Assembly (NCBI GenBank): GCA_965249715.1
Contig: CBDFMP010000048.1
Span: 69,713-133,712, forward strand
Length of the DNA stretch: 64,000 bases
From: Spirochaetota bacterium
GTDB taxonomy: Bacteria; Spirochaetota; UBA12135; COTS27
Reading direction: 5' to 3'
Shown: positions 27,034-38,063 of the stretch, one piece after another
How the letters are laid out: each line of letters begins with the position of its first letter
Numbering within the stretch: the first letter of the stretch is position 1
Notes under the pieces: model-generated
The model's input: the letters and a program-made list of their open reading frames with translations, nothing else
Told to the model about the DNA's origin: nothing
Database searches by the model: none
Made by a program: the position numbers and the translations under genes

Positions 27034-30000
27034 TTATGCTGAGGTTAATGAGTTTTTGCGACGTTTGTTTGCCAGACTATGGATAGAATAGGCTTTGAAA
27101 TTCGGGTTTTTTGTATAAACTTTAATGGCTTCGGTGGCACAGTACATGGCTTTAAGGGTGGTGAAAACGCCAATGCCATAACGCTGGGCAACGAGACGAA
27201 TATAGGCATCGGATATTTCTGCCTGGCGCCCGGCTGGGGTATTGAAGACCAATTTAATCGTGCCGTCAATAATTTTTGCGACAAGTTCATTATCGCCCGG
27301 CTGTTTGGTTTGTTTATCCAGTTTCTGGACAATGCGGCTGGGCAAATCGTGTTTTTTTAGGAAAGCAGCAGTGCCTGGGGTGGCGTAAAGGGTATAACCC
27401 AGCTCGCAGAGTATTCGGCAATAAGGAATAATTTCACGCGGCTTCTCACTGAGCGATATTAAAATTCCGCAGCTGGCATGAACGTTCACGTATGGGAATG
27501 CAGCTTGGGAAGACGCTGCTGTGGCGGTGGTTGGCGGGACAGCATGGCGAACGGCGCGTTGGACTATGGGGAGCGGCTGATGAATGGCAGCCTGAGTTTT
27601 GTAAAAAGCTTCTGCAAGCGTCTCACCAACACCCATAACCTCACCGGTAGATTTCATTTCCGGTCCCAGCAGGGGATCCTCATTGGGGAATTTATTGAAA
27701 GGAAGCACCGCTTCTTTGAGTGCTACGTAGTCCAGTGTTTCAGGCTTGAAATCGTGTTGGAATTGCTCAGCACTGAGAGGGGCGCCCATCATCACGCGTA
27801 CGGCAAGCTTGACCCAGGGCACACCGGTGGCTTTACTCACAAAGGGAATAGTCCGTGAACCGCGCGGATTGGCTTCCAGGAAATAAACGTTATTCTGATG
27901 AATAGCAAACTGAATATTCATAAGCCCGATAATTTTAAGCTGTTTGGCAAGCTGTTTGGCTTGCAGCGTGATTTTTTTTAACAGGGGTGGGGAAATGTTT
28001 TGCGGCGGCAGGAAACACGCAGAATCGCCCGAGTGAATGCCCGCTTCTTCTATGTGTTCCAGGACTCCGCAGATAACGGCGTTTTCGCCGTCAGCAATCA
28101 GATCTACATCTACTTCCAGCGCAGCTTTAAGATATTTGTCCACAAGAATACTCACCGGGAGCAGTGACGTGGCACGTGCCTCGGCAAAAAAGACTTTCAA
28201 TTCTGTTTCGTTATACGCTACTTTCATCGCACGTCCACCCAGGACAAAAGATGGACGAATAAGTACGGGAAAACCAATGCGGCGTGCTGCTGCTAAGGTT
28301 TCTTCATAGCTAAATACAGCCTCGCTTTCCGGTTGCAATGCCTTGAGCTCATCCAAAATGGCGCGGAAACTTTTGCGATCTTCACTAATAAAAATATTTT
28401 CCTGTTGTGTGCCTAAAAGCTTGATGCCAGCAGCGGCAAGGTCGGCACTGAGGTTAAGCGAAGTTTGTCCGCCAAAGTGAACAATGACGCCCATTGCTTT
28501 TACAGCATGGAGCACGGCAAGCGTGTCTTCAACGGTGAGCGGCTCAAAAAAGAGCATTGCAGAGACGTCGTAATCTGTGGAGACCGTTTCAGGATTGGAA
28601 TTCAACATGACAGGAGCATACCCCAGTTTTCTCAGTTCCAGCGATGCCTGTACGCACATATAATCAAATTCAATGCCCTGCCCTATGCGATTGGGGCCGC
28701 CGCCAAGGATGACAATGCGTTTGGCAGCGGTTTCACTTTTAACAGCAAGTCGCTCTGAGAGCTCATCTTCGTCGTCGTAGGAGCTGTAATAATAGGGGGT
28801 TTCGGCAGCAAATTCACCGGCGCAGGTATCCACCACTTTATAATTGGGACGGATTTGCAACTTTTCACGGATAGCGCGCACTTCGCTTTCTGAACAATTA
28901 AATATGTATCCTAATTGAATATCGGAAAAACCACAGGCTTTGAGTGTGCGAAGAAAATGCGGGCTGTGCCGCGTGGGAATGTCTTGCGGAGCGAATGTGC
29001 TGGGGATTGCGGTCACGGCTTCTGCGCTCAGCAGGTGTGTCAAGTCTTGTTTCCAATAGGTTTGTTCAATGTTAAAAAGCTCTGCCAACTGATGAATAAA
29101 CCAGGGGTCTATCATGGAAGCCTGGCTCACCTCGGCTGGCGTGGCTCCCAGATAAAAAAGATCTTTGATGTAGGCAATACGATTGTAATGAAGCTTTTTG
29201 AGCTCGTTTTTCAATTCATGCCGTTCGCCTTGTTTGGCGGCAATACGCGCCTTGAGTTCTGCTGGACTAAGGGCATGGAGCTTATGGTAAGCAAAATAAT
29301 GACCATCGAAACCGGGTGCCGTCAATTCCAGCGCACGTATGGCTTTCTGAAAAGCCTCCTGGAAGCTGCGCCCCAGTGCCATTGTCTCTCCTACGGATTT
29401 CATTTGTATGCCCAAATAAGGCGAGGCGGTGGTAAACTTTTCAAAGGCAAAACGCGGTATCTTAACCACCACATAATCAATGCTGGGTTCAAAACAGGCA
29501 GGGGTGGAACGTGTGATGTCGTTTTCTATTTCATCAAGAGTATAACCGACCGCAAGCTTCGCCGCAATCTTTGCAATGGGAAATCCCGTTGCTTTCGATG
29601 CCAATGCCGATGAACGTGAAACACGCGGGTTCATTTCAATGACAAGGACTTCATCCGTGTCGGGATTGACGGCAAACTGGACGTTGGCGCCGCCGGTGTC
29701 CACGCCAATTTTATTGATGATCTGAATGGACATATTGCGCAGCGTTTGATATTGGCGATCACTGAGTGTTTGCTGCGGGGCAACGGTGATGCTGTCACCA
29801 GTGTGAATGCCAATGGGGTCCAAGTTCTCAATGGAACAGACGATGACAGCATTACCGACATTGTCTTTCATGACTTCCAGTTCAAATTCCTTCCAGCCGA
29901 CAATAGACTTTTCCACAACCACTTCATGAATGCGTGAGAGGTGCAAAGCATTCTCCACGCAGCTTATATAATCTGCTTCTGTGACAACCGTTGCGCCGCC

Positions 30001-30531
30001 GCTTCCCCCCATGGTAAATGAGGGACGGATGACCAGTGGTAATCCTAAACTGGCTAACGCTTCATGGGCATCGTTTAGGTTGCGGACGTGGCGTGCAGGC
30101 GTGGTTTGATAGCCTAATTCATGCATGGCTGTTTCAAAACACTCGCGATTTTCGGCTGTGCGAATGGCATTTTCATCGGCACCGATGAGCTTGACCCCGT
30201 ATTCATCAAGCACACCTGTTTCCTGTAATGCCAGGGCAGTATTCAATGAGGTCTGTCCACCAACAGTAGGCAGGAGAGCATCCACTTGCTCCAGACTGAG
30301 AATTTTACGTACGGTTGGTACGTCAATAGGTTCAATGTACACTTCATCAGCTGTTTCCTGATCGGTCATGATTGTAGCGGGATTAGAGTTCAGGAGAATG
30401 ACGCGATAGCCTTCCGCACGCAAGACCTTACAGGCCTGTGTTCCCGAATAGTCAAACTCACAGGCCTGCCCAATGACAATAGGCCCCGAGCCGATGACAA
30501 GGATGGTTTTTATATCTGTACGGCGTGGCAT
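27034..30531 (-). CDS. carB: Carbamoyl-phosphate synthase large subunit (with insertions)
   Basis: 1165 aa. Two ATP-grasp halves ([24 protein letters not shown]; [19 protein letters not shown]). About 90 aa longer than typical. Confidence 0.93.
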   Translation of the reverse strand: MPRRTDIKTILVIGSGPIVIGQACEFDYSGTQACKVLRAEGYRVILLNSNPATIMTDQETADEVYIEPIDVPTVRKILSLEQVDALLPTVGGQTSLNTALALQETGVLDEYGVKLIGADENAIRTAENRECFETAMHELGYQTTPARHVRNLNDAHEALASLGLPLVIRPSFTMGGSGGATVVTEADYISCVENALHLSRIHEVVVEKSIVGWKEFELEVMKDNVGNAVIVCSIENLDPIGIHTGDSITVAPQQTLSDRQYQTLRNMSIQIINKIGVDTGGANVQFAVNPDTDEVLVIEMNPRVSRSSALASKATGFPIAKIAAKLAVGYTLDEIENDITRSTPACFEPSIDYVVVKIPRFAFEKFTTASPYLGIQMKSVGETMALGRSFQEAFQKAIRALELTAPGFDGHYFAYHKLHALSPAELKARIAAKQGERHELKNELKKLHYNRIAYIKDLFYLGATPAEVSQASMIDPWFIHQLAELFNIEQTYWKQDLTHLLSAEAVTAIPSTFAPQDIPTRHSPHFLRTLKACGFSDIQLGYIFNCSESEVRAIREKLQIRPNYKVVDTCAGEFAAETPYYYSSYDDEDELSERLAVKSETAAKRIVILGGGPNRIGQGIEFDYMCVQASLELRKLGYAPVMLNSNPETVSTDYDVSAMLFFEPLTVEDTLAVLHAVKAMGVIVHFGGQTSLNLSADLAAAGIKLLGTQQENIFISEDRKSFRAILDELKALQPESEAVFSYEETLAAARRIGFPVLIRPSFVLGGRAMKVAYNETELKVFFAEARATSLLPVSILVDKYLKAALEVDVDLIADGENAVICGVLEHIEEAGIHSGDSACFLPPQNISPPLLKKITLQAKQLAKQLKIIGLMNIQFAIHQNNVYFLEANPRGSRTIPFVSKATGVPWVKLAVRVMMGAPLSAEQFQHDFKPETLDYVALKEAVLPFNKFPNEDPLLGPEMKSTGEVMGVGETLAEAFYKTQAAIHQPLPIVQRAVRHAVPPTTATAASSQAAFPYVNVHASCGILISLSEKPREIIPYCRILCELGYTLYATPGTAAFLKKHDLPSRIVQKLDKQTKQPGDNELVAKIIDGTIKLVFNTPAGRQAEISDAYIRLVAQRYGIGVFTTLKAMYCATEAIKVYTKNPNFKAYSIHSLANKRRKNSLTSA

Positions 30532-30588
30532 GGCATGGCGGGTGGAGAAATGAAATGGGCGGGAGGATGGGCTTAGTGATGGATTTTG

Positions 30589-31827
30589 CTATTTGTGTGT
30601 TGGTTCCTGCTTGGTATTTGCGGATGGCTGCTGCATAAATACACGTACCTGAGCGATGAAGTCTTCAAAGAGCGCATAGCTGTCTTGTGGACCTGGCGCC
30701 CCCTCGGGATGGTATTGGACGGAAGTATAATGTTGCGCGGGAACAGCGTGCCCAGCAACGGTGAGATCGTTTAAGTTAACATGTGAGAGCTCTTTATAAT
30801 GGTTTGGAGTTTTAGCGGCAAGTGTTTGTTTATTGAGTGCGGCAGCGGGTTTCAGCGCATAACCGTGATTTTGTGAACTGATGGCGATGCGCGCTTTTCC
30901 CAGTGTTTTAATGGGATGATTGGCGCCGTGATGTCCAAAACTAAGTTTATAACTTTGATAATTGTTTGCCAGTCCTAATAATTGATGTCCCAGACAGATG
31001 CCAAAGATGGGATAATGACCAATAAGCTTCTTTAGTGTTTGAAGAGTGTTTGTTAAATACTGTGGATCGCCAGGACCATTGGAGAGCAGGATGCCGTTTG
31101 GTCTTGCGCTGATGATGGCGGCAGCGGAGCTGGTGCAGGGCAGCACATAAACCTGCGCACCAAAAGCTTTGAGCAGGCGGAGGATATTTAGTTTAACACC
31201 GTAGTCAATCACGACAATCAGCGGTGTGGCAGTAGCGGACTGAGGGTGTTGCGCAGGTAACGGAAGCGTGATCGGCTGCTTTTTCCCCTTGCCGGTGAAT
31301 TCATAAGGAATGGCTGTGGTGACGCTTTCAGCCAAGGGCATTGTATTGTAATCGGGTGCCATTTCTATGCGGCGGAGCAGCTCCTTGTAAGACAGCGGCT
31401 CGGTGGATAAAATGCCCATGCAGCTGCCCTGAGTGCGCAGTTGCCGCGTAAGCCGCCGTGTGTCAATACCGGTAATAGCAAGTGTTTGCTGATTATCAAG
31501 GAATTCGGCTAATGTACAAGTGCCTGCACGCGTCCTGCAATAAGGATTGTAATGTTTGACGATGAGACCGTGCGCATGAATACTTTCCGATTCGCTTTCT
31601 CCTGCACGGATGCCGTAATTGCCAATTTCTGGATTGGTCAATGTGATTAGCTGTGTTTTATAGGAAGGATCAGTAAGAATTTCCTGATAACCGGTGAGAC
31701 TGGTATTGAAAACGAGCTCGCCACAGATACTGCCGCGGGTTTTTCCTATTGCTGTGCCAACAAATACTTCCCCCGTTGCCAGTACTAAAACTGCCTGCGC
31801 GGGTTTGGAAGAGTGTCCGTGCATCAT
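30589..31827 (-). CDS. carA: Carbamoyl-phosphate synthase small (glutaminase) subunit
   Basis: 412 aa with GATase motif PIFGICLGHQLL. Located immediately upstream of carB. Confidence 0.92.
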   Translation of the reverse strand: MMHGHSSKPAQAVLVLATGEVFVGTAIGKTRGSICGELVFNTSLTGYQEILTDPSYKTQLITLTNPEIGNYGIRAGESESESIHAHGLIVKHYNPYCRTRAGTCTLAEFLDNQQTLAITGIDTRRLTRQLRTQGSCMGILSTEPLSYKELLRRIEMAPDYNTMPLAESVTTAIPYEFTGKGKKQPITLPLPAQHPQSATATPLIVVIDYGVKLNILRLLKAFGAQVYVLPCTSSAAAIISARPNGILLSNGPGDPQYLTNTLQTLKKLIGHYPIFGICLGHQLLGLANNYQSYKLSFGHHGANHPIKTLGKARIAISSQNHGYALKPAAALNKQTLAAKTPNHYKELSHVNLNDLTVAGHAVPAQHYTSVQYHPEGAPGPQDSYALFEDFIAQVRVFMQQPSANTKQEPTHK

Positions 31828-32175
31828 TCAAGCTTGGTTTTTAACAAGCTGCTTCCCAGGTCAAATAATTTACTGAGCTTGCCAATAGTGTTATTTAATG
31901 GTGATTGAAAATTTGTTTAGTTTATTAATACTTGGCAAATTATAAAATCAAACTGCTTTGTTGCGGTAGGTTTTTAGCGTACGCCTGCGCGAAATGCAGC
32001 TAAACTGTAGGAAACACTTAAGTCATTTTATGCTTTATGCACCTATGTATAAGAAATATTAAAAAAATTCCCAAGCTTACGATAATCAAATGAACCAGCA
32101 TTGAGCTCATCAATGTCAAAATTTTGTGTAAACGTGATGCTGTTTGGAAATATATTTTGTGATTGAGACTGAAAT

Positions 32176-33396
32176 ATGCAGAAATATAGCGATTTAAAGC
32201 GATATTATCATTTTTCACAGACGGATCCGCGTGTTATCGCACTGGATCAAGCAGCGTTTGCAGGTGGTGCGGCACCGCCCAGCTTGAATAGAAATACAGC
32301 TGCTTATGCCCCTGCCACTGCTGCTGCTTCTGCTTACGGCCTTGCTCAGCCGGGTGAACAAACTGTTCCCGCGTCAACTTTTAAGCTTTTTCATGTTGTG
32401 CTCTTAGTGATCAGTCTTGCTTCATTTCTGTACGTGCGTGCAGAGGCACTGGGCAATAAAAATTCAGTTTTTTATGAACTTTATAAGGTTTTCACGACGC
32501 GTTTTGGTGAACTTTCCTTTGATTTTATGATCTTTCCGAAAGCACGCAGTACAAATGTCCTGAATGCACAGCTGGAGCTGCCTGCTGCTGCTGACTCAGT
32601 AGTCTCAGTGCCAGTCTCAGCCATTATTCCCGTAACAACGAACATCACGGCAAGCAGCACTGCTGCGCTTGCCGCTGTCAATGCAGCTGAACATGTTTCT
32701 GCAAATTTATCGCCCTCCTCACAACATGAGCTCAGTTCAGTGCCAGCTCTTGTTGAACATGCCGCAACAGCGACAACATTGGATACAGGAAATGCTAAGG
32801 GCATTGTTATTGCAGCTTCCCCAGCCACTGAACAGGCTGTTGCCATAAGTCAGGTTGCTGACACTAAGGCACCAAGCGCAGCAGCAGCCACTGCCGCAGT
32901 CCGCTCAGCTGGTTGGACGCCCCCTCAGACAATAGACATTTTTTTGCCACTTCTCAATGCTGATAAAACAACTGTCCAGCTTAACAAACAAAATATTGCG
33001 CTCAGCTCAAAAGCGCAAACACCGGCAGCGCTTTTAGTGGAAGTGGCTAAAAGCGTGACGCGTACAGCTTACAGCAGCCTGGGAGCATTGGATTTTTTCC
33101 CGGAAAAACTTATTGTCAAACGTGCCTGGGTGGAAAACCAGACGCTTATGGTGGATTTCAACCGCGCATTTGAGTACAGCCGTTATGGTCGTAAAGCCCT
33201 TGCCGTGCGCCTGCAACTGCTGCTGTGGAGTGTTTTTTCGGCTAATCAAAACCTGCAGCCAGCACCTATTCGGTTTGTTTCCATTCTGATAGAGGGACGC
33301 CGTAAAACTAAAATAGGCGGCGATGGTTGGGTGGTCAACCCTTTTTATTCTGAACGTGACCTGAAACCTGCCATTGGCTTTTTAGCTGCCGATTAA
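32176..33396 (+). CDS. Membrane-anchored Ala-rich protein with a C-terminal GerMN-like domain
   Basis: 406 aa. One TM (FKLFHVVLLVISLASFLYV), a long A/S/T-rich linker, and a C-terminal ..TLMVDFNRAF..LQLLLWSVF..VSILIEGRR pattern resembling GerMN. Confidence 0.45.
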   Translation: MQKYSDLKRYYHFSQTDPRVIALDQAAFAGGAAPPSLNRNTAAYAPATAAASAYGLAQPGEQTVPASTFKLFHVVLLVISLASFLYVRAEALGNKNSVFYELYKVFTTRFGELSFDFMIFPKARSTNVLNAQLELPAAADSVVSVPVSAIIPVTTNITASSTAALAAVNAAEHVSANLSPSSQHELSSVPALVEHAATATTLDTGNAKGIVIAASPATEQAVAISQVADTKAPSAAAATAAVRSAGWTPPQTIDIFLPLLNADKTTVQLNKQNIALSSKAQTPAALLVEVAKSVTRTAYSSLGALDFFPEKLIVKRAWVENQTLMVDFNRAFEYSRYGRKALAVRLQLLLWSVFSANQNLQPAPIRFVSILIEGRRKTKIGGDGWVVNPFYSERDLKPAIGFLAAD

Positions 33397-33473
33397 ACTG
33401 ATTTTAATATTGCAATCGTGAATTCAAAGCTCCTGTTCTATCCTGTATCATTTGATACCTGTTCCAGCAGTTA

Positions 33474-34301
33474 ATGTCCTCATCCCTCAGTATGTTTGCG
33501 ATTAAGACTTTTTTACCGCGTACGATGTTTGTTTTTCTATGCAGCTTCACCGTGTGGCAAGCACAGCAGCTTTGTACAGCGTTTCCCGCCAGCGCCGCCG
33601 CTTCCAGGCTATCCGCTGCCGCTGCCAGGCAGTCCGTTTATTATGTAGCAGCGCGTTATGACAGCAACCAGCTCCTGCGCGTGGTAGAGCGACCGATTGT
33701 TTATACAGATGGCATTCTTTTTACCTATTTGGCGCCCACTCCCAATACGGAGGTCAGCATCAGTGGTAGTTTTGTTGACTGGCAGCTGAATATTAAACTC
33801 AGCCCCAACGCCTTAGGGATTCACAGTGTATGGGTCCCGCTGAATTTTCCCCCAGGCCGTTACAGTTACAAGTTTAACGTTGACGGTATTTGGATCAACG
33901 ATCCCCAGCAACCTTATCGCATCCAGGAAACGCAGCACTTGGGGACTGCTGTTACTGAGCATTCCGCTTTTCAGCTCTCGCAAGTGGTTGAGCAGCACCT
34001 AAGTAGTCCCGTTGCCCGGGGGCAAGGACTTTTTACGTTTTATTTAGCCGATAAGGGCTACACACGCGTCAGCTGGGTGGGAACGGCTAATCTTTGGCAC
34101 CCCACGCGTGATGCAATGGTTCTGAAAAATGGTTATTGGCAGCTCACCCGCCACCTCCCCATTGATGCCCCGTACTACCTGTTGTTAGCGGACGGCAACC
34201 TGAGCGTGGATCCGCTGAACGTCAATATTGCCGCTACACGCTTTCAGCCTCAGGTAAGTGTGGCACAAGGTGGCGGTTATTTTCTCAGCGAACGCAACTA
34301 A
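33474..34301 (+). CDS. Secreted protein with CBM48/AMPK-beta-like (glycogen-binding-type) beta-sandwich domains
   Basis: 275 aa with a signal-like N-terminus. Contains VSISGSFVDWQ...GRYSYKFNVDGIWINDPQQP, the classic G.F.W...Y.YKF.VDG.W..DP pattern. Confidence 0.55.
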   Translation: MSSSLSMFAIKTFLPRTMFVFLCSFTVWQAQQLCTAFPASAAASRLSAAAARQSVYYVAARYDSNQLLRVVERPIVYTDGILFTYLAPTPNTEVSISGSFVDWQLNIKLSPNALGIHSVWVPLNFPPGRYSYKFNVDGIWINDPQQPYRIQETQHLGTAVTEHSAFQLSQVVEQHLSSPVARGQGLFTFYLADKGYTRVSWVGTANLWHPTRDAMVLKNGYWQLTRHLPIDAPYYLLLADGNLSVDPLNVNIAATRFQPQVSVAQGGGYFLSERN

Positions 34302-34313
34302 TACAGTGACTGA

Positions 34314-36167
34314 CTAATGCAAATAGTCAATCGTGATCGTGCAGCAGTGCTCCTCAGCGGGCTGCGGTAAGCTGAGCTGCGCGAGAATATCGTCAGTGGG
34401 CGAAATAATGGTTATTGCGGCTTTCTGCTGGTTTGTTGATGGTTTTCTGCTGCGGCGCGACCGTGCAGGCAATGTTGTTTGAAGTTCCGTTGGTTCAGTA
34501 AAATCAAGGCTCAGTCGCTGCTGGGCGGCAGCACAGAGCTTTGGAAAGGTCTCAACCCCATTCCAGCAATACAAGCGCCTCTCCATTAAGGATTTCACCA
34601 AGCTTCAATGTACTGAGTAGGTCGTCATGGTGCCCACTAACATCAGTGTACGGGGAGTGATGGTTGCCAATAGTACTCCTTGGCACTTGTTGCAGGCGAT
34701 AAAGGTCGCCATGAAATAATGTGCCGTGTTGGCATGGCTGCCTGTTGCGGCGTTTGCCTAACATGTTTGGCGGCGGCTTTTTAATGCAAATAGTCAACGG
34801 TGATCGTGCAGCAGTGCTCCTCAGCGGGCTGCGGTAAGCTGAGCTGCGCGAGAATATCGTTAGTGGGCGGAATAATGGTTGTTGCGGCTTCAAGCTGGTC
34901 TGTTGATGGTTTTCTGCTGCGGCGCGGCACAGTGCAGGCAATGTTGTTTGAAGTTCCGTTGGTTCAGTAAAATCAAGGCTCAGTCGCTGCTGGGCGGCAG
35001 CACAGAGCTTGGGAAAGGTTTCACCCCATTCCAGCAATACAAGCGCCCTCCATTAAGGATTTCACCAAGCTTCAATGTACTGAGTAGGTCGTCATGGTGC
35101 CCGCTAACATCAGTGTACGGGGAGTGATGGTTGCCAATAGTACTCCTTGGCACTTGTAGGCGATAAAGGTCGCCGTGAATAATCTGCCGCGTTGGCATGG
35201 CTGTCTGCTGCGGCGTTTGCCTAACATGCTTGGCGGCGGCATTTTAATGCAAATAGTCAACGGTGATCGTGCAGCAGTGTTCCTCAGCGGGTTGCGGTAA
35301 GCTGAGCTGCGCGAGAATATCGTCAGTGGGCGGAATAATGGTTGTTGCGGTTTCCTGCTGGTCTGTTGATGGTTTTCTGCTGCGGCGCGACCGTGCAGGC
35401 AATGTTGTTTGAAGTTCCGTTGGTTCAGTAAAATCAAGGCTCAGTCGCTGCTGGGCGGCAGCACAGAGCTTGGGAAAGGTCTCACCCCATTCCAGCAATA
35501 CAAGCGCCTCTCCATTAAGGATTTCACCAAAATTCAATGTACTGAGTAGGTCGTCATTGTGCCCGCTAACATCAGTGTACGGGGAGTGATGGTTGCCAAT
35601 AGTACTCCTTGGCACTTGTAGGCGATAAAGGTCGCCGTGAATAATCTGCCGCGTTGGCATGGCTGTCTGCTGCGGCGTTTGCCTAACATGCTTGGCGGCG
35701 GCATTTTAATGCAAATAGTCAACGGTGATCGTGCAGCAGTGCTCCTCAGCGGGCTGCGGTAAGCTGAGCTGCGCGAGAATATCGTCAGTGGGCGGAATAA
35801 TGGTTGTTGCGGCTTCCTGCTGGTCTGTTGATGGTTTTCTGCTGCGGCGCGACCGTGCAGGCAATGTTGTTTGAAGTTCCGTTGGTTCAGTAAAATCAAG
35901 GCTCAGTCGCTGCTGGGCGGCAGCACAGAGCTTGGGAAAGGTCTCACCCCATTCCAGCAATACAAGCGCCTCTCCATTAAGGATTTCACCAAAATTCAAT
36001 GTACTGAGTAGGTCATCATGGTGCCCACTATCATCAGTGTACGGGGAGTGATGGTTGCCAATAGTACTCCTTGGCACTTGTAGGCGATAAAGGTCGCCGT
36101 GAATAATCTGCCGCGTTGGCATGGCTGTCTGCTGCGGCGTTTGCCTAACATGCTTGGCGGCGGCATT
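34314..36167 (-). repeat. Four extra tandem copies (462-467 bp each) of the 3' half of tsaE
   Basis: Unit ends (stop codons) fall at 36168, 35706, 35244, ~34781 and 34314. Units at 35706-36167 and 35244-35705 keep full 138-aa ORFs differing from the gene copy by 2 aa and 1 aa. The two distal units carry indels. Confidence 0.92.
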
Positions 36168-36980
36168 TTAATGCAAATAGTCAACGGTGATCGTGCAGCA
36201 GTGCTCCTCAGCGGGCTGCGGTAAGCTGAGCTGCGCGAGAATATCGTCAGTGGGCGGAATAATGGTTGTTGCGGCTTCCTGCTGGTCTGTTGATGGTTTT
36301 CTGCTGCGGCGCGACCGTGCAGGCAATGTTGTTTGAAGTTCCGTTGGTTCAGTAAAATCAAGGCTCAGTCGCTGCTGGGCGGCAGCACAGAGCTTGGGAA
36401 AGGTCTCACCCCATTCCAACAATACAAGCGCCTCTCCATTAAGGATTTCACCAAAATTCAATGTACTGAGTAGGTCGTCATTGTGCCCGCTAACATCAGT
36501 GTACGGGGAGTGATGGTTGCCAATAGTACTCCTTGGCACTTGCAGGCGATAAAGGTCGCCGTGAATAATCTGCCGCGTTGGCATGGCTGTCTGCTGCGGC
36601 GTTTGCCTAACATGCTTGGCGGCGATGTTGCTGTATTGTTTGGGCAAGTTTTGTTGCAGGGAAGCTTGCACGGCTGCGATGGCAGCTTTTAACGGTACTG
36701 GTGTTTGTTGTTGCGGCTTAGCGGGATAACTGTAAGCTTGCAGCAATGTAAAAGTGGGGGAGGGCAAGGCGGCGGCTGTTACGCCCAGTGCACGTAACAT
36801 GCTGCGAATAAGATGAGATTTGCCGCTGCCCATGGGACCAGTGACCAGCACCACTTCATCGCCAACTAAACTTTTTATATAAGCTAAGGCAAACACCGTT
36901 GTGGCAGCTGCCGATGGAAGCAGGAAACGAAATGTTTCTCTGCCAGTAGCGGATGGTAACGAGCTTGGCGAGGTTGACAA
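36168..36980 (-). CDS. tsaE: tRNA t6A37 biosynthesis ATPase TsaE (YjeE), unusually long
   Basis: Walker A GPMGSGKSH, SPTFTLL, HGDLYRL and LLEWGE. At 270 aa it is much longer than the ~150 typical, with an internal Q/P/A-rich insert and a ~60-aa C-terminal extension. Only a TTG start (36980) is available. Confidence 0.8.
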   Translation of the reverse strand: MSTSPSSLPSATGRETFRFLLPSAAATTVFALAYIKSLVGDEVVLVTGPMGSGKSHLIRSMLRALGVTAAALPSPTFTLLQAYSYPAKPQQQTPVPLKAAIAAVQASLQQNLPKQYSNIAAKHVRQTPQQTAMPTRQIIHGDLYRLQVPRSTIGNHHSPYTDVSGHNDDLLSTLNFGEILNGEALVLLEWGETFPKLCAAAQQRLSLDFTEPTELQTTLPARSRRSRKPSTDQQEAATTIIPPTDDILAQLSLPQPAEEHCCTITVDYLH

Positions 36981-37023
36981 GGTTGACGCAGAAGCCGTGT
37001 TTGTTTAGCTTGGCATGGCAAAC

Positions 37024-38046
37024 TTAAATGTAACCGTGATCGATGAGCTTACTTTGTTTCATGAGTTTGGCTATATAAATTTCTTGTTTGTGTTCGCGCA
37101 ATTCACGCAGCAGATCAGCTTCTACTTCTGCGCGAATTTCTGCAAGTGGCGGAATGCCCGCGGCACTTTCTTTGGCGACATAAAATAAATAAATATAGGG
37201 ACTGAGGACAATTGGCATTGTCACAGTGTGAAGCGGCAATGGTGCCACAGCTGTGCGAATATTGGTTGCGAACGCCTTAAGCTCTTGCAGACGCAAATTG
37301 CCGGCATGCAGCGCGGCAAGCTGTTGCAACCGCGGGAGAAAAACTGCACTGAGCGCCGCGGCTTGTGAAACACGCCCACCAGGCTGCTGCAACGGTGTTT
37401 GTGGTTCCTTGTCATTATTGTTGTCATTGTTATTGCCGCTAACATTGAACGCTGTTTGTGCAGCTGAGTCCTGTGTTGGCATGGCAGCTTGAAATACTGC
37501 TAAGCGCTGCGCTGCCGCCATGGACATGAGTGCGCGCTGCAGCCGCAGTAAGTGCGCACGCAGCTTCCTGCGGGGTGCCGTTTCACGCGGCTCTGTGCAG
37601 GCAATAAAGGCAAGCGCGACGCGTCGTTCTTTATAATACTGCGCGCGATTGCTCTCGTAAAAAATTTTAAAATGCCGTGCTGTGGGCGTATCAATATCAT
37701 CGCTCACACGTGTTAGCAGTGCATTGATCTTCAGTTGCAGGCGCATATGCTCACGCAGCACTTCCGTTGTCATGCCAGCTGGCGGTGCTGCGCTTTGCTG
37801 CGTAAGCGCCTCGGTAAGCTCTGCTTCTGAAATTTCTATTTCTGACTTACGCGCCTGCTGGCGCAATAATGTTTTACGTGTGATATTCTCCTTGACCAGC
37901 TGCATCAGTGTTTCATCGTCTGGCAGCGGTGCTAAGGAAACTTGGCGCTTGCCGGTAAGCGCGCTCCGATATTTTTCTTTTATGTGTGCAAATTCTTCTG
38001 CAAGCAAGGCATCCGTTATGTGTTCGCCATTGATTTCTAATGCCAT
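37024..38046 (-). CDS. SurA-N-terminal-like chaperone-domain protein (no PPIase motif seen)
   Basis: N-terminus ALEINGEHITDALL.. is typical of SurA/PrsA-type N-domains. Contains a low-complexity NNNDNNND insert. ATG at 38046; the track starts at TTG 38079. Confidence 0.45.
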   Translation of the reverse strand: MALEINGEHITDALLAEEFAHIKEKYRSALTGKRQVSLAPLPDDETLMQLVKENITRKTLLRQQARKSEIEISEAELTEALTQQSAAPPAGMTTEVLREHMRLQLKINALLTRVSDDIDTPTARHFKIFYESNRAQYYKERRVALAFIACTEPRETAPRRKLRAHLLRLQRALMSMAAAQRLAVFQAAMPTQDSAAQTAFNVSGNNNDNNNDKEPQTPLQQPGGRVSQAAALSAVFLPRLQQLAALHAGNLRLQELKAFATNIRTAVAPLPLHTVTMPIVLSPYIYLFYVAKESAAGIPPLAEIRAEVEADLLRELREHKQEIYIAKLMKQSKLIDHGYI

Positions 38047-38063
38047 TTGTAAGAAGGCTGCAC

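Noticed and set aside
32018-32218. 66-aa hydrophobic ORF upstream of and antisense to the 32176 gene start
   Set aside because: It lies in an AT-rich promoter region, has no RBS, and overlaps the start of the plus-strand gene. It is likely spurious.
35072-36361. Repeated 121-aa ORFs (35072-35437, 35534-35899, 35996-36361) spanning unit junctions of the tsaE array
   Set aside because: They are the alternative frame of the tsaE-derived units, Arg/Pro/Ser-rich, and recur only because the DNA is repeated. There is no independent coding evidence.
34314-36624. Possible CRISPR array (regular tandem periodicity)
   Set aside because: The units are 462 bp with no short-repeat/unique-spacer structure. 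The whole unit is homologous to the tsaE 3' half. No cas genes are in the window.
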